NCBI GenBank assembly: GCA_051294375.1
Contig: CM119263.1
Location: forward strand, 15,478,532 to 15,542,531
Reading direction: 5' to 3'
Length of the DNA: 64,000 bases
Origin: Paraspadella gotoi
Lineage: Eukaryota > Animalia > Chaetognatha
The notes under the pieces were generated by a model that saw only the letters and a program-made list of their open reading frames with translations, was not told where the DNA came from and ran no database searches. Below, in pieces: positions 42,536-54,829 of this stretch; the first letter of the stretch is position 1; each line of letters starts with the position of its first letter. Both the position numbers and the translations under genes were made by a program.

Positions 42536-43144
42536 TAATGATTTAAGAATTTTACGTAAAAAGTTTTCAATGATTAGTTTATTGAGATTTGAAAAATCTC
42601 GAATTTGGCAAGAATATCAAACGCTCGGCAAATATGAATTCACCAGACTAACGATCTTTACCTTAGCACTTAATATTCTAATAGTTTGTAATATTGATCG
42701 AGTCCTTTGACGTCATAGCAAGCGCAGTAATATAACTACAATGAATTTAATTTTGAATTTTTGATATATCAATTATTTCAGTCAAAACGAAAATAACGAA
42801 TTTTTGAGACATTTTACAAGCGTCGAGACGAAGCCTTCAGGCGATCGACCAAATCGCTCAGATCCTCACGCCCTGATTTCTCTCTTCTTTTCTTCGCCTC
42901 ACCTTTGCTGCTCCAACTCGCCCGCTCTGCCTCCATATTCCTGACTTCCCTTGCCCACCCAACAACCACATCTACCCACCTACCCACCCTTGCGGATTTG
43001 CACTCTAGATCGTCTGGCCGATTTTCCCGGCGCCGACAGCGGAATCAATCAAAGAACTTTTATGGTCTTTCTCGCCCCGGCGAAAAAAAAAGAAGGGGAG
43101 AAGGAGAATGCTTTATGAGATGCGCAAATTTCTAATCTAATCTT

Positions 43145-43212
<68 letters not shown>

Positions 43213-43391
43213 AGCCCCGTCCCATTTCTACTTTTCACCCTTGAGAAAGAAGGACGGAGGCGGCTCCGCCCAGCGAATTTCCGCGGTGGAGGCCTGGCAT
43301 AGCTCGGTAATTTATGGTCTGTAATAACATTGTGGTTCGGCTGATGTGTATTTGCACCTCCCTCACGTTCCTGAACTAAACAGAGTTTGCT

Positions 43392-43447
<56 letters not shown>

Positions 43448-43616
43448 TTTATTGAGAGAGAAGGGAAATGAAAAACAGGCGTAGTGAGGGAGAATATTTA
43501 GTGGGTGAGAGATTATTAGAAAAGTGCATCGGGAAGATATTCAATTTGTCGGAAATTGTCATGTGGTCGAAACACATTTGGAGCGTAAAAACAGAAAATA
43601 TTGGTCTATGATGAAC

Positions 43617-43708
<92 letters not shown>

Positions 43709-44651
43709 AAGAGAGGGAAAGAGGAGGGAGAGAGAGAGAGAGATTGAGAGGGAGAGATGGAGAGAGATGGGATTCGAGACTGAGAGAAGAGAGGAGAAGT
43801 GGTACAATAGTAGACTCACCGCCAGAATCTTGTTAAAGAAAAAACAGAAAGGCCCTCGAGGTCGCAGATGCCAAGACGGACCAAGAGTGCGATATTTCTT
43901 GCTTGGAAGGAGGAGTTGGTGTCAGTCTCGAACATCGCAAGATTTAAACCTTTACTTACAGTTTTTTACATAGGTTTAAGTTGCGAGTTCAGTACAAGAT
44001 GTGAATAAAAAATAGCACATTTTAATCTCATATTATAACCTCTCGTAAAAACACGAGCCATAAGAAAATTATTTCTTTACTCATCTGACAATTTTTGAAA
44101 TCATTAATTTTTAAGCTGTTTGGAGTTTATTGTTGTTTATTTATTTAGCTGAGTGGTTTGGTCTGGGGCTAATAGATATTTTAAGAGGACTGTTTTCCTT
44201 GAAATTAGGCAAACTATTTTTTTTTTCTTTCGGAAAAGGAAAGTTCAGAACGAGACTAATAAGATAAAAGAAGAAGGTGGTTCGGAGTTTAAACGTTCGG
44301 GTTGAAGTAGATCGAGAGAAGACTTTCGGGACAAAGACTAAAGAAAAATAAAGAATATCACGTTTGAATGTTGGAGTAGAGGGATCTCTTAAGGGATGAA
44401 GAGATGTAGGGCAAAGAGATGGGAAGACAGGGACAGAGAAGAGAAGTGGATAACATTGAAGAATACGGCGCCATCAGGGGACGATGGGGTTGGAAAAAAA
44501 GGGGCTTCATTAGCGGAGAGACGAGGACAAGCGAGGAGCGCCAACATGAATGGGAGTGGCCTCTTAACGGCGCTACAAAGTCGAGGAACGAGTCATGGAA
44601 CAGAGGGTCCGTTGGAGGGAGGGAAAGCTGGAGACGAAAGGGTCGGGAGGT

Positions 44652-44739
<88 letters not shown>

Positions 44740-44997
44740 ATCCCTCGGAAAAAAGAGGGCGTTTCCCAGCCGGATGTCGGAACAAAGAGCCTTGGCGCCG
44801 GGGAATTCGGGTCGCGGTTGTTTGCTCCGCATTTTCCTCTGTCGCGAGATTGATGGCGCCGCTCGCGAGACGACGCCGGGCGAGACGACGTGAGAGATGG
44901 CGCCGCCGGGCGAGGCCTTCTCGCTTCCGGCGATGAGACGTAATGAGACTCGAAGGTCGATAGTCACGAATCGAATCTCGAGAATCCTGAGTAAATA

Positions 44998-45598
44998 CAT
45001 GGTGACAATTTGAAACCCGCCGCTAAGAAAAATCTACCATTTAAAAATGTATAAAGATTTTAATATTTAAAAAAAAACCTTAGCCAAAATATTCATTTTT
45101 TTATATATATAAATATCAAGAAAAAGCTTGATTTGTTTACTACAGTTTATATTTTAATGTTTACATGTTTCGGCTTTTATTCAAGCCTTTTTCAGTGCCA
45201 AAACCACTTATTTGAATTATAAATTTCAAAAGCTGAATTTCTTTTTATTTCTGATTAAAAAGCCCGAATTTTATTTTTATCTTTTTTCAATCATTACGAG
45301 GGCGAAACATAATTGAATAGTATAAATTTTATTTAATTTTTTTTGTTACGAGATAGTCTCTCGGTATTTGATACCCTTTTTATAATTGAATTCGTATTTT
45401 GACTCTACAAAATATCTGATTGATCAAGTATTTATAAAACACTAGCTCGCTCACGGCATTATGGTAAAATCCTTAATAAATTTATTTATAAAAAATATAT
45501 ATTTTTTATCTAAGGATATCTATTTTTAAAAGATAAAAATCTTTATGAGTTTTTAAATAATTTTTTTTCTTAGCGGCGGGTTTCAAATTTTTACCATG
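44998..45598. mobile_element. MITE, Tc1/mariner-like
   Basis: ~35-bp TIRs CATGGTGACAATTTGAAACCCGCCGCTAAGAAAA / TTTTCTTAGCGGCGGGTTTCAAATTTTTACCATG, TA on both sides, AT-rich non-coding interior. Confidence 0.85.
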
Positions 45599-45624
45599 TA
45601 GATATTAATTACGTATTAATACGT

Positions 45625-45760
45625 TATGGCAGCGGGAGGAATGCCTGTGATACCCGAGGCCCGGGACGCACGGTTGTAACGAAATGATTTAGCTTGCTCA
45701 GCCATTGAGACGAGGAAGATGACGGACAGCAGTGAGGCAGCTTTAAGTCTTGCTGCCACA
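45625..45760. mobile_element. 136-bp insertion, family A
   Basis: Termini TATGGCAGC...GCTGCCACA flanked by ACGT direct repeat. Shares ordered motifs with 59380-59634. Confidence 0.7.
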
Positions 45761-46294
45761 ACGTATACATATTTGGAATTTGGCGTCGCTTTTCAGTAAG
45801 AAAAAAATCCAGTGAAAAGAGCTAAATGAGGAGTCTTAACATAACAAAAACGAGTTTATTGGCCGTCGATCGGTCAGTGGGTCCAGTCAGTCTCCATATT
45901 GGCTTAACGATTTAGTCGTTGTCTTCCGAGCAATGGGTCATTTGCGTTGAACACTGGCCTGCTTTTCTGACACAGCGTCATTACTCAAAGCGACGGCGAT
46001 TGAGCGGGAACGTTGTTTTTAAAAAATTATAATCGCGTGACATTCAAAAATTTTTTTTCATTGATCAATTATACCGTATACAAAGATTATAATAATTCCA
46101 TTATGCCCATCAATTACACGCCAAGATAATCTCTTAAAAAAAAAAAAAATAGAAAAGAAACCTTTGGAACGAAAATTTTCAAAGGACCTCCTAACTCCTC
46201 TCCTAAAGAGCGAACTCTCATTTTCCAAAACGACGAGGATCAAAGTTGGAAGATTAGACCCATAATACGCGAGGAGCCGCCCATTCTGGTTGTT

Positions 46295-46389
<95 letters not shown>

Positions 46390-47345
46390 ATAAACTTACG
46401 GGGCGGCGGCTGGTCCGTGACCGAGGATAAAAAAAGAGTCCGCGGGAGAGAAGAGATCATGAGAAGCTCAGAAAAAGTGGGTTGAAATGAGAAGGGAAAA
46501 GAAGAAAGCAGGTGATCACTGAACTGATTAGTGTGAGGACTGTGAGGTACTTGAAAAGGTACAAAAAATGAGAAAAGAACGAAATGATAGAGAATACTTA
46601 GTCAAACCATCAAGAGAGAAATTGGTTGTTTCTTTGCCACGGCTCATTTCTTTCAATTCTTTCCCCGGGCGACCTTTAATTCACTCCATCCTTTTTTTGG
46701 TTTTGATGGAGAGAAGGAAAAAAAAAAGAAAGGCATTTGTATTCATCGCCACTCTGGTCGCGTTTCGATTATCTCAGGTCCGGTTTTTACAGCAGCTGGA
46801 AACTGTCCGTTCGATTGTGTTTCCGGTCAGTCGAGTGGAATTTGTATGGGAGGCGCCGGAGGCGGATCGTTCGTTGGTACAGTTTACTTTAAAGACAAAT
46901 AGGAAAGCATGCTTGCAGACGTCAGACGGGAGAGCCTCTTTCTGTTTTTAGGTCTGTTGAAAAAAGTTCCGTTCCTCATGTAAGTTACATGTATGTATAT
47001 GTATATTTGTATAATATATATGTGTAATATATATGTATATATATATATATATCTAAAAGTTCAATCCATCTACTTTTAGTCTCTTTGCAAACATAGAAAG
47101 GGTTTTTTTTTTACACGGGCTATCGAGGAACCGGGCTTGAAGCCGGATTAACTCTCGTCTCGGTTCGTCTTTCTATGGAGCGTAGAGGCGGGGCGGCGGG
47201 GCGGCGTAGCGGCGGAGTGCGGTCTTTCATGGTGAGGTCGAAAGGTCGCAGCGTCAAAGGTTGAGCAAAGAATTGGGTCGGGAGTCGCGTCCAAAAAATG
47301 ACCGGAGCCGAACCCGGGGCGTCCCAACTCCTCACAGTTCTCAGT

Positions 47346-47413
47346 CGGCGAGGCGGCGGGGCGGCGGGGCGGCGAGGCGGCGAGGCGGCGGGGCGGCGGG
47401 GCGGCGAGGCGGC
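47346..47413. repeat. 8-bp G-rich tandem repeat (CGGCG[A/G]GG)n
   Basis: Read directly; related units at ~47187-47215. Confidence 0.85.
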
Positions 47414-48120
47414 CCGATTCTTTTAATAAAAGGAGGCGGAGTTGTGGAGGCGGTTCGTAAAGGAGGAATGAAAATGCGATTCCAGGCGACAAAGGAGGGG
47501 GGAGTCCCGGGAGGGGCGCGCTTGAGAGTCATTGAGTTGTTGAGATTATTTATCGGGAAAATTGTCAGTCGATAACAAATTATACTTAACCGTTATCGTT
47601 TATTTGACGAAGTAGGCGTGGTAGCTTTAAGTGAACAATATATTTTGAAAAGGATGGGTTGCGTTGCAAGAAATTAAAAATAAAAGAACTTTGAAAGTAT
47701 TTTAACAAAAAATTAAGAGATTGACTCAATTGACTCAAAAGAAAAAGGACTCGAATTTCTTTTTGTAATTTTCGCAACTTGCTTCACAACAATTCGTTTC
47801 GACAAACTTGAAGAAGAAAACAAACAAAGAGAGAGATCATTCAGAAGAGCAGATTTTTTTTCCTGGGTTGTCGATGTAAAAAGGGTAACCAACCAAAAAG
47901 TAATACATATGTATAGGCAGAAGATATAGGCTGCTCAGCCGACGCCCGGGGACCAAAAAAAAAAAAAAAAAAAAAAAAAAAACGAAAAAAAAAAACGAAC
48001 GTGCCATTTTGAAATGTGAACGAAACCCTGAATTCTTTGAAGCGTTTATTTAATCAGAGTTTTCTGTAAAGGGGGAGTACATCTCACTCGGTAAGCGGTG
48101 AGGCGCCGATGAGCTTTTCT

Positions 48121-48217
<97 letters not shown>

Positions 48218-50545
48218 GCTCCATTTAAAAGGATGAATTTCGTCTCGGGTTTCTTCTGGTCCGACAGAACTGATGCGAGCGTCATTTGCATAAAGTTCGG
48301 TCAGGAGGAAAGTCGAGGGGAGGGGGCGGTAGGGGAGGGCTGCGAGAGGAGGGGGATATTGGGTGGGGTGGGTGATGACGGGAGGACCAGAGGGGCTGAA
48401 AGGGTATGTACTTAACGCTACAGAGGGGTTAGCAGAACGGTCAAAAAGGTCAAGCCGGTGGCAGCTTGGCCCGGTGTTGGGTAAGTGTACATTTTTTCTA
48501 CATGTATTTTGGAGATTTGAGGAGAGAGGGTGGAGCGAGGCGAGTTGATGAGGACACGAGGGTATCGACTCGAATAGGAAAGAAACGATGAGGAAAGGTG
48601 AAAGGATGGGGAGATGGGCGAAGTTAAAGAAAATACTGAAATGAGACGGAAACATTAACAATGAATGCATAAATGAATCACGGCCAAGGGCATGATATTT
48701 TAAAATCTATTAAAATTGTTTCACATGCGCAATTAAATTATAATGTCAACGAGTAAAAAAATAATGATACAAGTCAGGAAACAAATTAGATGAAATAAGA
48801 CGTAAAAAACTCAAACAAAACGGGGTACGAGTATATTGAAAGGGGGAAAGAGGGAACGTCATTTTCTTACGATTTCATTAAAAAAAAAAAAAAAAAAAAA
48901 AAGGCAAAAATAGAATATTTGGGGAAAAAAAAAAAACCAGGCGAAACTGTGGGCGAATTTTCGGTGAGAAGACGCGGGTGAGAAAGTGAGTCTGCATCGG
49001 ATTTTCACGCGCGAGTTGTGATCGTATCGAAGAGGAGCGAATGACTCCGGGATCATTTGGCGCCATCTTGAGGGGGATGGCCACAAGCGGACGACGACTT
49101 CATCTCGTACTATTCAACTTGTACTTTTCGAATTTCTAATTATAGTCATGTAAATTTTAAAATTACTTGTTCAGCTATTTTAAGCGAAATTTGAAAAAAA
49201 AATTATATAAAGTATAAAATATTCTAAATAAATATAAAATCTAAAATCTATTTAATGGTTTTACTTAATATATTTGTACTATAATGGGAAGAGATGTTAG
49301 TGTTGTCTTTCGAGGTTAAAAATAATTTCTGCCCTCGGTTTTTAATGAAATATTTCACATCGTTCTTGTTAGGAAGTTATTAATTAAAAGGCCTAAAATA
49401 CCATATCATATTGTATCAAGAAATATTTAAGAACATCAAATTGACGACGACGACGACGACGACGACAATTGTAGCATTGAAACGGTATACGTCGTTAGCG
49501 ATGACAACGACGAAAGTGACGACGACGAGAACGAAGCTCGGACCTCGATAATGATTCCGACGACTGAATCGAAGGGGTTGAACGAGATGACGATGACGAC
49601 GTCGACGACGACGACGACCACAAAGACCATGGGTGAGAGTCACGACGATAACGACGACCTCTGCAAATTGAGCTGCGGCGGGGGGAGAGACGGGGGGGGG
49701 AGAAAGGGCAAGGAGTCGGGAGTGGGCGAGAGCAGAGGAAACCGGCCGATTCAGGTAACGAAGTCAATCATTGACCAGTGACCACATAAGGAAAGCTTCG
49801 AAGTAAGAGTCAATTAGCTCCTTTCTCATGCTCCTCCTCATCTTTTCTTTCCTCAACCTGACTTTCCTTCTTTATTTCCCTTTTTCTCTGGGTTAAGCAT
49901 TTCCTTAACTTTCCTTTTTCTTCTTTTTTCTATTTCCCTTTATTTAGGTTCTTCTCTTATCTTCATTCCTTTCTTTTTTGGCCCCTTCCCTTTCTTCGCA
50001 GGCATCCTACTCAATCACCTCAGACTCGCGTAGAATAGAAAGGAAATTCATTGAACCGAAAACGTCTGACCAAATTAACAGTTACGACGACGACGACGAC
50101 GACGACAACAATCACGACTGTCACAGTCCTTCAGAGGATCGGATGTTCGAGGGAATTTAAATTGAGGGAACTCAAGTCATTAAAATTGACAATATTTCTT
50201 TTGGGCCTCATTGAGTAAATACGTAAATGTGTTTAACTTAAAGATCTTTTCAGAAATTTTCGGGAATGATTTCGTTCATAAATAAATAACGCACTAAGCG
50301 AACCCGTGCTCAAACGAGAAACGACTTATCTTGCAACTTTACAAAATTCTTAGCCTCTAGTATACTGTATAGGATATGCAAATCCTTCATCTAAGTAATC
50401 AAGCTATTTCAATTAAAAAGAAAAAAAAATATTACAATAACACAAACGAATGAGTCAACACAACTTTTGTGAAATTAAATTAAAGATTGACAACAAAACA
50501 CAAATTTGATGACAACATCTTCGCACATCTGCCCCATCTTCCGAT

Positions 50546-51735
50546 TCAAGGCGTGGCCGACTCGCGCTCCATCGATCCGATTGAGGTGATCTCGTCGAGC
50601 TCGACGGGCTTGTTGTTTCCCGTGTTGCCACGCCGCCACGAGACGGTGGAGGGATCCGTGTCCTCCACTCCCTTTCCGGGTTTCCAGGTTACGGAGCCGT
50701 CGGCGTCGTCGTTACGCGGTCGCCGCTTGCTCTTGCTGCGGCCCGTTGACCGGTTCGTGTCTTCGGGCGTCAAGCTGGAAGGATCGGCGATGAATCAATC
50801 AATCAATCAAATCAATCTATCTATCAATCAATCAATCAATCAGTAGTCGGGCATTGCATAAGTTCACCCCGCCTATAATCACGACACCTTCAGTTTTGAC
50901 CCGGTGGCTCATTGCGTAAAGCCATCGGCTCATGCCCACGAGGTACCGTGTAGTAGAAGTTACGGATAGTTTTCTTCAGCCCGCTTAGCGCTTTATCCAC
51001 AAATCAATCAATCAATCAATCAATCATTCACGATGACAACAAATAGGCTCGTTCATTCATTGAGCCCACCTCAAAGGTCTGACGACCGACGAGCCTTTCA
51101 AAGCCGGCAAAGCGGAGACGGCCGTCGAACGTTTCTGCGAATCATTCTTCTGCTGCTCCTCGAGCGGAACAATCTGTCCTCGATAAAAACAATGTAATGT
51201 TCAAAGGGCGATTTTTTTTAGATTATCGTGATTGATCTTATTATATTAAAATGATCGATTCATGGTTTTTGATTGTCGTCAATGAACCTTGGGCAACCGG
51301 GAGATTGTCGTGGCAACTTTGACGTCATCCTCTCCGCCATTTTTCGTTGCGTTCTGCTGCGTCAAATGCATCAGCGCCGCCTTTCGATCAGTTTCGACAT
51401 TTTCGGCTGAATTAAAGGATCAATCAATCAATCAGTTAATAAATTAATAAATCAATGCATTCACTTTTACATATTTAAAACTACTACTCACAGAGATAAC
51501 GGCAGAGGGCCTCGGATAATCCCTCCCTCTCCTCTCCGAGGTAAACCGTGTATTCGTACTCTTCCTCCAAAACCATGTCCCTCTGTTTGTCGAAAACTAA
51601 CATGTAGTAAGTCATGGCCAGAATCCAGTAAAGACCTGAGAGGTTATCCTTAATAATTATAGCCAATTATTTATTAGCGTCAATTTGTTATCCTCTCGCC
51701 CGACCGAGCAAAGCGTAGAAGACGAAGATGACCAT
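50546..51735 (-). CDS. Uncharacterised ~208-aa protein with N-terminal hydrophobic segment and disordered basic/Ser tail. Exons 51705-51735, 51492-51635, 51288-51406, 51070-51173, 50546-50774
   Basis: Five GT-AG exons join in frame (627 nt): MVIFVFYALLGLYWILAMTYYMLVFDKQRD...SMERESATP*. May instead be the 3' half of the upstream gene. Confidence 0.65.
50842..51001 (+). mobile_element. 160-bp internally deleted copy of family B, intronic, inserted in a (TCAA)n tract
   Basis: AATC flanks. Both ends (GTAGTCGGGCATTGC..GTTCACCCCGC; TAGAAGTTACGGA...TTAGCGC.TTATCCACA) match the reverse complement of 52056-52307. Confidence 0.75.
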
Positions 51736-51923
51736 GATGAGGAGGTGGTCAAGATTCGAGGATCGAGAGAGATACTTTCTCCAAGTGATGCAGTCGCTCT
51801 CGTCGTTGGCCAACTTGCTCACCGGACGCGAACCCTGTCGGTCAATGTCGAAACAATCCATTTCTAATCGATGTTTCGCGAAGGAACCAAGTATTTTTTA
51901 AAAGGAATCCTTCCAATTCGTTT

Positions 51924-54320
51924 TTAAGTAAAACAAATCTGTCGGTTTTCGTCGTTGCTTTCGTCATTTACTTTAAACGTGATTGTCTGTAAATATCGTT
52001 TGATTTAAACAATAATAATAATAATAAAAAAACCTACTAACTATAAAGTATTACGTGTGGATAAGGCGCTAAGTGGGCAGAAGATGACTCTCCGTAACTT
52101 CTATAACCCCCTCTAGCAGACATGGAAGAGGTCCTGGGCTTGGAACCAGGTTTTGCCACTCCCCCAATGCGGCTTACGGCCGTCCTCACTCTTCCCACAG
52201 GGTAGGTACCGGGTTGGGATTGAACCCGGTACCTAGTGGTCATGAGCTGATGGCTTTACTCAATTAGCCACATTAAGCGGGGTGAACCTAGGCAATGCCC
52301 GACTACATACGTAATATTACGACATTGCTTTACAATCGTGAGTCAATCTGTCTACCTGATCCAAAGGTTTTTCCGGAACGTCATAGTCGGTGAACAATTC
52401 TCCGTCTTCATCGTCGTTAAACCATTGATTAGCGCGGTTAACGTTGCCGCCGGAGATGTGAATCATTACATCAGGACCACCACCGCCGCCGCCCCTGCTG
52501 ACGCTGCTGGCGCCGCCGTCGCCACCGCACGACGCAAAATCGAAGTCAGTACCGTCGCCATCGCATTGCAGAGTTCTAAGCAAGCAACTTACTATTAACT
52601 TGTAAAAATTTAATTTTTCCTTTGAAATATTTTTTTTTTATATTTGGGAATCGAAATTTTCATCTGCGTCAATTCTGCGACACGTGATCAGTAATCAGTA
52701 ATCAGTAATCAGAAATTAAATTTTTATTTTACCCTGGAATTACTTTCTTTCTCTTCTCATTGATTAGCGTTGGGATGTCATAATCGTCTAATGTCTCATT
52801 ATTCCACGCCATGATCTTTAAGTTTAAATTTCGTTCCAACTGAAAATTATTATTATGCTAATTATAAATTTATAAATATTCATATACCATTCCCAGCGAC
52901 TAACGAATAAACTGATGTTGATGAGTGGACGACCCAATCAATCAATCAATCAATCATTCTCTCGCCTTTCCATTATTCGCCATCCTCCACGTCAGCCTAT
53001 GCACTGCGTTGTCGGACTTAAGCGTCAGTGGCGTCTGCAGTGGATTCGTTGGAAGACTGGGCTGACCCAAGAACGGACCCGTCGACCACAACCAGTTTAA
53101 TTCCTTGTCGTCTACTGTTGATTAAATTATTTTGGTTCGAAATAAGAACTGCGATTAAACAATATAACTCGTTAAAATTGTTGAAAATATTCTTCTTTTT
53201 ATAATACATCTATTACTCAGTAAACATACTCATAGGCAACTTCTTAGATCATTTTTAGCTCTTTCTATTCTAACACCGTTTTCGCAGGTTAACGTTGTCT
53301 TGGAGCATTTTTTCTCATCGTTGTTGAAATACGCGAGGCCGACGACTTCCGGTTTGGCGTCCTGGACTTTTACAAGGCCCAACTCTGTTGGCGAGATGTA
53401 ATGAAATAAATTCGACATCTTACTTTCCCTTCCAAGTTTATATTTGTAAATATTTTTCTCGCGCACCCTCGATTTGAAATTTAAGATATTTCATCGGCGG
53501 CGAGGCTCTAAAATAAACGACGCAAATTCGCCCGTGCTCATCCGCGTAAGATCCGAAGTTTAATTTCACTTTATCGTAAACTTCGTAAACTGAACATTTA
53601 AAGCAAACGGTGAATTGAGTAAGATTATCATCGTTATGCACCGAAAAAATATTTAGACGACTCATCGGGACAATTTTAGCTTGCGAAAATGGTTTAGATT
53701 AAAAACGTAATTCCGAAATTTAGTTTTTTTCTTTTGTTTATTGGACCTCTCGTAACGCCTTCCCGAAACTGAAAAAAACTAAAAGTAAACAAAAGTATGT
53801 TTATCTTAAATAAATAAACGTCCAAAATATTTTATCAAAAAGAGGAAGGTTTGTGGTGCTTGCTAGAAATTACGAAAATTATATGCAATGATTCACATCT
53901 GGCCATAACCTATCCGGCAGGCTTCTCCCGTCTGGTGACAAAACGAAGAAAAAAACATGTTTTCGGTCAAGGATCCAACGATGGCGCTATCCTTCTTCAG
54001 ACGCGCCTTGAGGTCCATGTATGCATCCACAATTTGTCCCTTTCCTTTTCCGTTAGGCAGACGAAGTAATAATTTGAGGAATTTTAAGTTAAGTTTGCAC
54101 GTGATTCATTGATTCAAGGACATTAACAAAAGTTTATTAAATTAATTAAATTATAAACTGTCAAAAATTGTATGTTCAAGCAAGTAATCTTGTAACTTTC
54201 AACTTTCAAACGATATATGTCAACCTCTAGTGTTACAAGCCAAGTGCTGTCACCTGACGCCACGCTGCAGAAGCCCAACAACGACGCGACGACGAAGAAG
54301 AAGGCGACGTCCGACCTCAT
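51924..54320 (-). CDS. Uncharacterised multi-exon secreted or extracellular protein; exon structure only partly resolved
   Basis: ATG at 54320 begins a signal peptide (MRSDVAFFFVVASLLGFCSVASG). Coding-like exons with compatible splice sites at ~53467-53680 (KIVPMSRLNIF...KFQIE), ~53277-53385 (LGLVKVQDAKPEVVGLAYFNNDEKKCSKTTLTCEN), ~52980-53111, ~52733-52839 (LERNLNLKIMAW...), ~52356-52576 (TLQCDGDG...PLDQ) and 51924-51986. Some junctions are ambiguous and one may need a GC donor. Confidence 0.55.
52056..52307 (-). mobile_element. 252-bp insertion, family B, TGT...ACA termini with internal tRNA-like A/B boxes
   Basis: TACG direct repeat at 52052-52055 and 52308-52311. Minus strand has A-box-like GTGGCTAATTGAG and B-box GGGTTCAATCCC. 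Homologous to 50842-51001 in inverted orientation. Confidence 0.75.
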
Positions 54321-54829
54321 ATTTCTTATTTAAACAAAAAAAAAGTATTTTCACTTCTAAATTCGAAATAGAGGTATTTTACTATCTAAAATCTAAACCT
54401 CGAATTTATTGAAAAAAAATAGAAGATTTTCTCAAGACTTGTTTTATCAGATTCAATAATTGTTGAGGCTAATTTGTTTTTTTTTTTACCTATAAACATT
54501 TATTGAAAGGATGAGAAACAAAAAGTATTGGACGATGTCTGACTTGAGCTTTGGTGAAACAAAAGAGGACGACGAGAAATTAATTTAACACCATTTCAAG
54601 GCCACAGTTGCTGTACGATTGTATAAAGTTTTTGTCAAAAACAAAAAACGCTAAAACGCGTTAATTGATTTTTCGTTCATTGAATCGTTGTTTTGACAAT
54701 GCTATAGCTTAAATTGTTAGTGTTGTGTTGTTTGTTTTTTTTAGCTTGATTAAGTGTGGAACAAGGAGACAATCTTCGCGGACTAGTTTCGCATAAATAA
54801 ATTAAAATATTTTGTAATCATTGCCGTCT

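Noticed and set aside
45622-45763. Reading the element as a TA-TSD MITE with CGTT...AACG ends
   Set aside because: The second copy at 59380 shows that the termini are TATGGC/GCCACA, so palindromic ACGT is the 4-bp TSD.
52056-52307. Functional tRNA or SRP RNA (GGGGTGAACC match)
   Set aside because: No complete cloverleaf or SRP helix 8 motif; the unit is bounded by TSDs.
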